11,132 nucleotides of DNA from Ignavibacteriota bacterium (GTDB lineage: Bacteria; Bacteroidota; Ignavibacteria; UBA10030; UBA6906), in NCBI GenBank assembly GCA_963801355.1, contig CAWDEM010000005.1:1-11132 (forward strand). Reading direction: 5' to 3'. Below are positions 1-6,986 of the stretch, one piece after another (within the stretch, counting starts at the first letter, position 1; every line of letters begins with the position of its first letter). The notes below the pieces were generated by a model, which had not been told where the DNA came from, searched no databases, and saw nothing but the letters and a program-made list of their open reading frames with translations. A program made the position numbers and the translations under genes.

Positions 1-1098
1 TACATTCGAGTTCCCACCACCTGGCGGTGGATTGTTAACATACACATTGCGCAGACCGGTGACGGCCGTACTACCAACTGTAATGTTGCATATCAAGCGC
101 GCGGCGGTATCGAGAACACCCGATCTGATCGTGATGTCCGATCCCATGCTCAGTGTCGTCCCGCTGAGAAAGTTCGAGCCGCTCAACACCACATTGAACG
201 TCTGCGACCTGGCGCCGGCCGACGGATTGATGCTTGTCAATGTCGGTACCGGATTTGTCACCGAAAAGACCGACACTAGACTGGCTTTGCCTCCACCGGG
301 AGGCGCATTTGTCAAGTAGACTGTCCGTGACCCGGTTGCTGCCCATCTTGTCACAGAAATATTGGCAGTCAGCTTACCGGAACTATCGACCTTCACATCG
401 TTGACAACGATGTCCGGACCGAGATCCACCGTGGTCACACCGCTTATGAAGTTGCTGCCCCGGAACACCACGTTCAGCGTTTCAAGTCGTTTCGCCGTGG
501 TCGGAGAAATGCTGCTGAGTGTCGGCGCCGGATTACTCCCCACAACAAATCCGTTTGTGAGTATCGAGACTCCTCCGCCGGGAGAGGTGTTCGTTATGAA
601 CACATCACGTGGGCCGGTCACAGCACCAAGCGTGATCGTCACGTTGGCCGTAATTACCGTATCACTGAGCACGTTCTGCTCGTTGATCGTGATGCCGGTT
701 CCCAGACTCACCGCACTGACCCCGTCAATGAAGCCTTGCCCGTTGAAGACGATGTTCAGCGTTTGCAGCTGTTGACCGTTGGATGGATAGAGATACGTAA
801 GTCTGGGGACCGGATTGTAGACCGTGAACGCATCCGGTTTGGTCGCAGTCCCTCCTCCCGGTGCCGCATTCGCGACGCTGATGGCGCGTGGGCCCGTGGG
901 GGCCGTTGCGGTAATCGTGACGTTGGCCGTGAGTCGGGTCGAGCTATTGACCACCAACGGAGGGTTGAGCGTGATCCCGGCAAAGAATTCGACGGAGGTC
1001 GCACCCGCGATGAAATTCGTTCCGTCAATTACAACATCAAGCCGCGCGAGCCTGCTTCCCTGATTTGGAGCAAGCGAAGTGATCGTGGGAATCGGGTT
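1..1098 (-). repeat. Four tandem ~94-aa IPT/TIG-like repeats
   Basis: Units start NPIP (1098), NPVP (816), NPAP (534) and NPVP (255), at spacings of 282/282/279 nt. Each reads roughly NPxPxLTSISP...GSNF...TGxRxVxVxNxxPGGG. Confidence 0.85.
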
Positions 1099-2598
1099 GA
1101 TGGAATCTCTTACTTGGACGGAGCCCGACGTGCCCGTTTTTCCCCCTCCTGTGGCCGTGAACGTTCCCGCTCCGATTGCGCCGCTGTATTTCATCCCCAG
1201 AGTGGTCAGATTGGCCACACCGGCCACAAAATCTCCGGCCCGGTTCAAAATATTGTTGCCCCCCGAACCGAGACCGCTGACGGTGCCGGCAAGCGATGTG
1301 GTAATCGAGACGGGCGTGGTCAAGGCATCAAAAGTCGCAATCGTATTTCCCCAATCGTCCTGAGCGGCCAGCGTATTGGTGCCCGCAAACGCCACACCGC
1401 TTGTTTGAGGCGAGGTGAGGCTCCAGGCGAATCCGCCAAGCCCGGCCGGACTCACCGTCACGGTGAGCCGGTCAGCACCGCTCGCGCTGATTGTCCCGTC
1501 GGTGACGGAGATGATCGCCGTTTGTGCCCGATACAATCTCATTGCGCCATTGCTACCGCCTGAAACCGTCGCAACGCCGTTTGTAAACAGTATCGGTGTC
1601 GCAACGCCAAACGCAATAGCCGTGCCGGATGTATTCGTCACCGTGGGTGCAGAGCCGCTGATCGAAGAATCCGCCCCGGAGAAAATCAGACTCTTCGATC
1701 CGGTGTACGTCGAGACCGTATTGCCGGATGCATCCTTGGCTGTGATGGTGAGATTCTGCGTGCCGCCGGCGGGCATGGAGGCAACACCGTTAATGACGAG
1801 GCGCGTCGCGCCCCCCGCGACGATCTGTACGGTACCTGATGTGCCGGCCTTGCTTGTGGATGAAGCGGCGGTAAATGGCGCGCTCCCCGTCGCTCCGGTG
1901 AAGACCAGTTTTCCGGTGAGGTTCGCGACCCCGCCCGAAAAATCCGAGCCCTGATTGAGAATGTTGTTCGACCCGGACCCGAGACCGGTCACTGTGCCTG
2001 ACAACGGGGCCAGCGCGCTGACGGTGACATTGTCCGACGCCGCATTGAAGCTCGTGACGACGTTGCCGTAGTTGTCCTGGGCAATCAGGGTGTTCGTGCC
2101 GGTGAAGGCAATACCGCTCTGTTGGACCGAATAAAGAGTGAACACGAACTTCTGTAGCCCATTGTCACTGACCGTGACAATCAGACGGTCGTTCCGCTCT
2201 GCACTGAAGGTCCCATCGGTGACACTGATCGTGTCTTTTCCCGCGCGGTAGAGACGCATGACGCCATTCGCGCTGCCGGACACCTGGGCAATACCCGCAG
2301 TAAAATTGATCGTGACCCATGACCCAAACGCGACCACACTACCATTCTTGTCAGCAATGGTTGGTGACGACACGGGGTTGGGAGAGGGTCCTGATCCGTT
2401 GAACCGGAGCGTCCTGTCGCCCGAATACTCCGTTGCCGGATTCCCGAAACTGTCCTTGGCCGTGATGGTGAGATTCTGTGCACCACCAGCAACTTGATTG
2501 GCGGTCCCGGTGATCACCAGGCGAGTTGCACCGTCGGCTGTGGAAACAAGAACAAGTAGGAGCAGCAAACTGGGAATCTTGGTCATAAGCGCTCTCAT
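1..2598 (-). CDS. Large secreted/surface protein with Ig-like and IPT/TIG-like repeats (partial, >866 aa, 3' end beyond window)
   Basis: Manual minus-strand translation from ATG 2598 (alternative ATG 2586) reads MRALMTKIPSLLLLLVLVSTADG|ATRLVITGTANQVAGGAQNLTITAKDSFGN... and stays in the same frame to position 1 (...RNVYVNNPPPGGGNSNV). It has a hydrophobic signal peptide and T/G/S/V/N-rich beta-strand composition. The + strand ORFs at 32, 362, 824, 1079, 1415 and 2258 all share one frame and are its shadows. Confidence 0.93.
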   Translation of the reverse strand, partial: MRALMTKIPSLLLLLVLVSTADGATRLVITGTANQVAGGAQNLTITAKDSFGNPATEYSGDRTLRFNGSGPSPNPVSSPTIADKNGSVVAFGSWVTINFTAGIAQVSGSANGVMRLYRAGKDTISVTDGTFSAERNDRLIVTVSDNGLQKFVFTLYSVQQSGIAFTGTNTLIAQDNYGNVVTSFNAASDNVTVSALAPLSGTVTGLGSGSNNILNQGSDFSGGVANLTGKLVFTGATGSAPFTAASSTSKAGTSGTVQIVAGGATRLVINGVASMPAGGTQNLTITAKDASGNTVSTYTGSKSLIFSGADSSISGSAPTVTNTSGTAIAFGVATPILFTNGVATVSGGSNGAMRLYRAQTAIISVTDGTISASGADRLTVTVSPAGLGGFAWSLTSPQTSGVAFAGTNTLAAQDDWGNTIATFDALTTPVSITTSLAGTVSGLGSGGNNILNRAGDFVAGVANLTTLGMKYSGAIGAGTFTATGGGKTGTSGSVQVRDSINPIPTITSLAPNQGSRLARLDVVIDGTNFIAGATSVEFFAGITLNPPLVVNSSTRLTANVTITATAPTGPRAISVANAAPGGGTATKPDAFTVYNPVPRLTYLYPSNGQQLQTLNIVFNGQGFIDGVSAVSLGTGITINEQNVLSDTVITANVTITLGAVTGPRDVFITNTSPGGGVSILTNGFVVGSNPAPTLSSISPTTAKRLETLNVVFRGSNFISGVTTVDLGPDIVVNDVKVDSSGKLTANISVTRWAATGSRTVYLTNAPPGGGKASLVSVFSVTNPVPTLTSINPSAGARSQTFNVVLSGSNFLSGTTLSMGSDITIRSGVLDTAARLICNITVGSTAVTGLRNVYVNNPPPGGGNSNV
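1099..2529 (-). repeat. Two tandem ~240-aa two-domain Ig-like modules (2529-1810 and 1809-1099)
   Basis: Both begin ATRLVI, followed by QNLTITAKD(SF/AS)GN, NG(V/A)MRLYRA, ISVTDGT, GTNTL(I/A)AQD(NY/DW)GN and GLGSG(S/G)NNILN. DNA similarity is visible at a 720-nt offset (tccttggccgtgatggtgagattctg ~2453 vs tccttggctgtgatggtgagattctg ~1733). Confidence 0.88.
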
Positions 2599-3288
2599 TG
2601 GATTTGCGGTTGTTTCCTAATTCGCCGTCCAATCGTCAACTCCATATTCCAAGGCGTTAGCCAACTGGCGGACATCCGCCTGCCAGCCATCTGACCAGTC
2701 GGGCGCGTTGGTTCTCTACCAGCGCTTTTTCAACGGGTGCACCACTCTCACCGAGCCGTGCCGGACGGCTTTGGGGAACAATCCGAATTGAATACGGTAT
2801 GAGTCTCGACGACGGTTCACACAGGAGTCCCCCCTGTCGGAGGTTGAAAGAAGTCTTGGAGGTTGTACTGCAGAAGCGTTTGGTCGCAAAAGGGGAAATA
2901 GCAAGAGCCGCCCCCTGTCGTGTAAGATACCCCGTATTGTTCAGAGTGTCAAATCGATCGAGCTGAAACGAATAGACTAAGTCTTGACTGTACGCCGAAC
3001 GATTGTCCAATTCACGGCCCGATTTCCTAGCCTGTCTCCGAGGGACCCGTCTAAATATACCTCCCGGATGAGATCCCCCAGAAGATGCCAACTCAAGTGC
3101 CCGTTTCTGGCCAAGGAATCAATCCTGAAGCGCGGGTTGAATGTGCAAATGCGGGCTGGTCTGAGAGACTCGTGCAGGATCGGAGACAGAAATTTCATCC
3201 CGCAATGGGAAGCACAACTGACACCGAATGAATGTGTAGCAGGCATTGACATGCGCCACGGCATCAGGTACATTGCCAGCACTTTTCT

Positions 3289-3305
3289 TGCGATGATAGT
3301 GCCCA
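3289..3305 (-). promoter_or_regulatory. Possible sigma54 -24/-12 promoter
   Basis: Minus strand reads GGGCAC-TATCA-TCGCA, which has correct GG-N10-GC spacing versus TGGCAC-N5-TTGCW. A palindrome ACGGTT-N5-AACCGT (3363-3379) lies upstream. It is ~690 nt from the surface-protein start, so this may be chance. Confidence 0.25.
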
Positions 3306-3542
3306 GTTTGGTGACCACCGAGATGAAAAACCGTCAAAATGGTGTGCGAGTGGCCGAAACCAACGGTTCGCTAAACCGTCGTAGGGTTTACGCTTCTTCC
3401 GTGAGTTGCCTGTCAAAATTCCCGCCCCCGAAGCCGGGACGGCGGAAGTACCTTCAGTACCGAGTATTGTCTACCCCGCGCTCGTGTTCACCTTCCGCCG
3501 TCCTGTGATCACAATCATCACTGATCCATCGATCACGGATAA

Positions 3543-3896
3543 TCAGGCTTCGTCCTTCCGATTCAAGCGATTCTCCCTCAGCCCCTTCACTCCCACAGTA
3601 ATCAGCGCGATCCCCACCGCGAGAAATGCCGCCGCGATGTACTGCCCCCCCATCGGCATGCCGATGGATTCGACCACCCAGAGCGCATAAGCCGCTATTC
3701 CACCGAAGACAAACAAGCCGGTCCCCATCACCAGATTGAGAATCGCCTCGGATCTTGGAACCCTCCGCTTCGCATGCGGCATTTCCCAACCGAGGTGTTC
3801 ATACTCCAGGCTCAGATGAAACCGGTGCCGCCGCTCCTGACGATCCAGCACAAGCGATACCAGCACCGCCACGACGAGTACTCCGAGAGTCATCAT
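3543..3896 (-). CDS. Small 3-TM membrane protein, DUF6249-like
   Basis: N-terminal TM, then DRQERRHRF, then two more TMs. GGAGGTG RBS and ATGA overlap with the upstream gene. Confidence 0.8.
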   Translation of the reverse strand: MMTLGVLVVAVLVSLVLDRQERRHRFHLSLEYEHLGWEMPHAKRRVPRSEAILNLVMGTGLFVFGGIAAYALWVVESIGMPMGGQYIAAAFLAVGIALITVGVKGLRENRLNRKDEA

Positions 3897-4258
3897 GATT
3901 TCACCTCCCGGCCTGATCTTCTGAGCTCCCGGTACTTCTTGAGATCACGCCTAAACATCAACGCAAGCAACACAAAGAGCCCTGCGAAGACCAGTGCGAT
4001 TGAGAGCATGGCTGTGTCGAGCCGGCCGGCCTTGTGAAAACCCGAAATTACCAGTACTACCACCGTCGCCAGAGCTGCAAGTCCGATCACCCCCGTTGTT
4101 TCCAATTTCCAGACTTCCATCCCCGGGGTTCGCTCCGGAGGTCTCTCGCCCCGACGTAGGTATGCTATCGTCTCCCTGTAAACCCGTTCCCGGTGTCGGT
4201 ACGCCAGCAGACCGTAAAGAATGATTGCCACTGTTACGGCCAAACCTGTGTAGTCCAT
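3893..4258 (-). CDS. Small 3-TM membrane protein, DUF6249-like (ECF-associated)
   Basis: TM followed by YRHRERVYRETIAYLRRGERPP, resembling the R/K-ER...IxxG motif of DUF6249, then two TMs. AAGGAG RBS; divergent from the ECF sigma. Confidence 0.85.
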   Translation of the reverse strand: MDYTGLAVTVAIILYGLLAYRHRERVYRETIAYLRRGERPPERTPGMEVWKLETTGVIGLAALATVVVLVISGFHKAGRLDTAMLSIALVFAGLFVLLALMFRRDLKKYRELRRSGREVKS

Positions 4259-4294
4259 GGCAGAACTCCTTTGCAGTAGCGTACCCCTCTATAT

Positions 4295-4327
4295 GATTAG
4301 ACGCTGTCCACGGTCATTTTCTTTCAT
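4295..4327 (-). promoter_or_regulatory. ECF-type promoter driving the membrane-protein pair
   Basis: Minus strand ATGAAAG-aaaatgaccgtggacag(17)-CGTCTAATC; elements and spacing are identical to the + strand copy at 4456-4488. Confidence 0.8.
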
Positions 4328-4455
4328 GTCGGAGTGAGGATTTCTCCTTCTACCTGCCTCATATGGCCAAGACGCATGAATCAGCGAGCTTCCCAACGAC
4401 CCCAAGTGCTGGAATCTGCTTGTCGGATGAAGTTTGCAGTTTTATCCCTTTGGGG

Positions 4456-4488
4456 ATGAAAGAAATTCTTTCTAACATGCGTCTAATC
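4456..4488 (+). promoter_or_regulatory. ECF-type autoregulatory promoter of the sigma/anti-sigma operon
   Basis: ATGAAAG-aaattctttctaacatg(17)-CGTCTAATC, ~30 nt upstream of the sigma start. It resembles the SigW/SigX-type TGAAAC...CGT consensus. Confidence 0.8.
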
Positions 4489-4520
4489 TATTAGGGGGGG
4501 TAGGTCATTCCCACAGCTGA

Positions 4521-5060
4521 GTGACCCAAGTGCCCAGCAAGAACGCCAGGTTCAAGAAGATCATAAGAGAATACCACAGACCGGTTTTCAGGCAAGTACA
4601 CCGGGCACTCGGTGATTTCCGTGAGGCTGAAGAACTGACTCAGAATATTTTCTTGAACGTATATTACGGTCTTGATGGCTTCCAGGAGAGATCTCAATTG
4701 CAGACCTGGATATTCAGGATAGCTACAAACGCATGCATTTCCTACCTCAGAAAAGCACCGAGGGAGTTTATTTCTCTGGAAGAAGCAGAATACAATCAGG
4801 AGATCGCCGATCCTGATCCGAATCCAGAAGATCTCCTTATCAGGGTCGATGAGCAAGCACACCTGGATAGGCTTATTCCAAGTCTGCCCCCCAAAGAGGC
4901 AAGTGCAATCACGCTCTGGTTCTATGATAACAAATCGTACGGTGAGATCGCGAACATAATGCAGATCCCATCGGGAACGGTGGCAATACTGCTTCATCGC
5001 GGGAAACGTCACCTCCATACGCTGCTTGTGGGTCACATGAAGGAGGAGGGCACTAAATGA
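4521..5060 (+). CDS. ECF RNA polymerase sigma-70 factor (RpoE/SigW-like)
   Basis: Region 2: EAEELTQNIFLNVY...FQERSQLQTWIFRIATNACISYLRK. Region 4: LPPKEASAITLWFYDNKSYGEIANIMQIPSGTVAILLHRGKRHL. The GTG start is uncertain. Confidence 0.95.
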   Translation: MTQVPSKNARFKKIIREYHRPVFRQVHRALGDFREAEELTQNIFLNVYYGLDGFQERSQLQTWIFRIATNACISYLRKAPREFISLEEAEYNQEIADPDPNPEDLLIRVDEQAHLDRLIPSLPPKEASAITLWFYDNKSYGEIANIMQIPSGTVAILLHRGKRHLHTLLVGHMKEEGTK

Positions 5061-5488
5061 ACTGCCGGGAGTTGCGTGACAAGTATGACTTCTTGCTGGA
5101 TACAATGCCCCCGCACATCCTGACGAATGATATGTCGGAGCATGTGGACTCCTGTAATGGCTGCAGGACATACGTGCAAGCGATGGCAGACATCGATGCC
5201 GGGCTGCGAAACCTTCCTGACGTTGAGGTGCCGGCCGACCTGGAGAAAAAGCTATTGACCATCCCCTCCCTCTACGCAGAGCAAGTCTACCGCCACACGA
5301 AGCGCGAGAGAATTTGGCACGCAGTCGTGTGCGTATTCTTCATGGCTTTGATTGCATTCGTCGCTCTCTCGCTCGTACCGAAATATCAGCTCATCATTCA
5401 AACAGCAATTCTTGCATCGGCATTCGTGCTTATTGCGATTCAGCATCTGCGCCGATCGTTCAACACAGTACGAACCAACATCCCTTAG
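5057..5488 (+). CDS. Zinc-finger (ZAS) transmembrane anti-sigma factor
   Basis: MNC...EHVDSCNGC (C..HxxxCxxC) with two C-terminal TMs. ATGA overlap with the sigma gene; AGGAGGAGG RBS. Confidence 0.9.
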   Translation: MNCRELRDKYDFLLDTMPPHILTNDMSEHVDSCNGCRTYVQAMADIDAGLRNLPDVEVPADLEKKLLTIPSLYAEQVYRHTKRERIWHAVVCVFFMALIAFVALSLVPKYQLIIQTAILASAFVLIAIQHLRRSFNTVRTNIP

Positions 5489-5494
5489 ACCACC

Positions 5495-5695
5495 ATGCCC
5501 GCATCTACCATCAATTTCTGCACCCTGACCGATTTCGCCATGGGCAATCTCTCACCCGAAGCCTCGATGGAGGTTGTCCGGGAGCTCGAACGCAACCCGC
5601 AAGCATCACAGGACCTTGAGCTCGTCCTGAAACTCATCGAGTATTTCAGAGACGAACAAGAGAAGCCTCGCCTGGATCAAGAGCGGGGGTCTTGA
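5495..5695 (+). CDS. Small soluble anti-sigma-domain-like protein lacking zinc ligands
   Basis: LTDFAMGNLSPEASMEVVRELERNPQASQDL matches the anti-sigma N-terminal pattern L..Y..G.L......V..HL..C..C but without His/Cys. Starts 6 nt after the anti-sigma stop. Confidence 0.65.
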   Translation: MPASTINFCTLTDFAMGNLSPEASMEVVRELERNPQASQDLELVLKLIEYFRDEQEKPRLDQERGS

Positions 5696-5717
5696 CTCCC
5701 CCTTTCCGGTTCTTGCC

Positions 5718-6646
5718 ATGGCCCCCAAGCTCATCGGCACACACCCTGCAATCCGCGAGATACGCCGCGCATTGCTGACCCTGGCCCATTGCAGAGCTCA
5801 TATCCTGATCATTGGCGAACCTGGTGTCGGCAGAGCACTCGTCGCTCGTATGATTCACGCTCTCAGTGCCGAGAGACAATGCCAGCTCCGCTCCCTCAAC
5901 TTCGCCCTCGTCACTGAGCGCGAGCAGCGACTTTCGCTTTTCGGTTCGGAGCCTCCTGAAGCGAGCATCGAACTCCAGGGACTTCTTCGAATTCAGAACA
6001 ACGGGTTTGCTGAGAAATATCGAATGCGCCCTGCCGCATGTTCAGGAGCGTCTGGCTGAGGCGTTGCTCACAAAGGAATACCGGTGCTCGCCCGATGGAG
6101 GCTCTGCGCAGCGTGCAAAGCAGGATCGTATTCACCGTGTCGGTGAAGGATTTTCGCTACTACGGGAGCTCCCGACTCGTTTCCAACGTTCCGTAACTAT
6201 CTCCGCCGGCTTCCGAAGTTCATCATTCCTCCCCTCCGGGAACGGACCCAGGACATTCCTCTTATCGCTGCCCGCTTTCGCAAGCACTCCATTGCATATG
6301 TCCGATCCCGCCCTACCGCCAGGTGACAGCCTGCTCGAACAGGACTTCATGAAAAGTCACCCCTGGCAACACAATGTCGTCGAGCTGATGGCATGTCTGC
6401 GCGCAAGCGCAACCTATTCACACAGAGATCTGCTCCATCAGAAAGAACGCCTGGAATTCGAGAAGATGATGAACATGCTCGACGAAGATGGTGAGTTTCC
6501 CCTTCGAGAATCTACCGCGCATCATCGAGCATTACATTCTTCAGCGTGTGCTCGCCAGATTCCACAACAATCAGAACCGTGCTGCCCGCACGCTTGGCTT
6601 CTCAAGAGGCACACTGCAGTTCCGCCAATCTCATCCCCCAGTCTGA
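5718..6646 (+). pseudogene. Degenerate sigma54-interaction (NtrC-type AAA+) protein with Fis-type HTH, split by ~5 frameshifts (pseudogene or sequencing errors)
   Basis: Motifs appear in order across frames: LIGTHPAIREI..HILIIGEPGVGRALVARMIH..LFG (from 5718); LLRNIECALPHVQERL (~6000-6060); QSRIVFT (~6116-6136); IPPLRERTQDIPL (6225-6263); HPWQHNVVEL (~6358-6387); IEHYILQRVLARFHNNQNRAARTLGFSRGTL, ending at TGA 6646. Confidence 0.85.
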
Positions 6647-6811
6647 TCTGTAGACTCCAAATTCCACACCCGTATATCCGCACTCCACATCTACCTTCCC
6701 TCCAAAGCCACTCGAGGGTAGGCCGATTTCGGGAGAGCCTCCTTCCGAGTGACTCCTCACGGAGAGAGAGAGCGCCAGAGGTCTCGGTCCACATCTCACG
6801 TTTCCTTTTTC

Positions 6812-6926
6812 ACCCTGCTTAAAAATAAGCACATCCCCCGACCATCTGTTGTTGCGTTTTCGGCCACAATTTCCCCATCTGCGAGTCCTCTAGGGACACC
6901 TCACTCCGACCCTGCTTAAAAATAAG
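6812..6926. repeat. Two identical 18-bp direct repeats ACCCTGCTTAAAAATAAG (6812-6829, 6909-6926) with a palindromic core; likely operator/UAS sites
   Basis: Exact 18/18 match, 97 bp apart. The first copy extends to TGCTTA-AAAA-TAAGCA. AT-rich within a GC-rich context, directly upstream of the 6987 operon. Confidence 0.75.
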
Positions 6927-6986
6927 TGCTGTCCAGCGGCCTTCTGCGATTGTATATTGCCCCCCGTTCAGAAAACGAGGAGCACC

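Noticed and set aside
32-2497. Series of + strand ORFs (32, 362, 736, 824, 1079, 1415, 2258)
   Set aside because: Antisense shadows of the continuous minus-strand surface-protein gene.
2655-2900. c-di-GMP-I (GEMM) riboswitch upstream of the surface protein
   Set aside because: The GCAAA...GAAA...CGCAAA layout was not found on the minus strand; GGTCGCAAA occurs only on + without its partner stem.
2657-3508. ORFs 2657..3091, 2977..3318, 2984..3508 and 3119..3337
   Set aside because: No recognisable motifs or clear RBS, mutually overlapping, and R/S/C-rich composition typical of non-coding frames.
4361-4397. Third ECF promoter (minus strand GGGAAG-N14-CGTCTT)
   Set aside because: Spacer is 3 nt short and both elements mismatch the two good copies.
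4491-5171. 226-aa minus-strand ORF
   Set aside because: Antisense to the clear ECF sigma and anti-sigma genes.
5866-6822. 318-aa ORF as a single gene
   Set aside because: It contains only two segments of the frameshifted bEBP; the Walker A, IPPLRER and HTH motifs lie in other frames.
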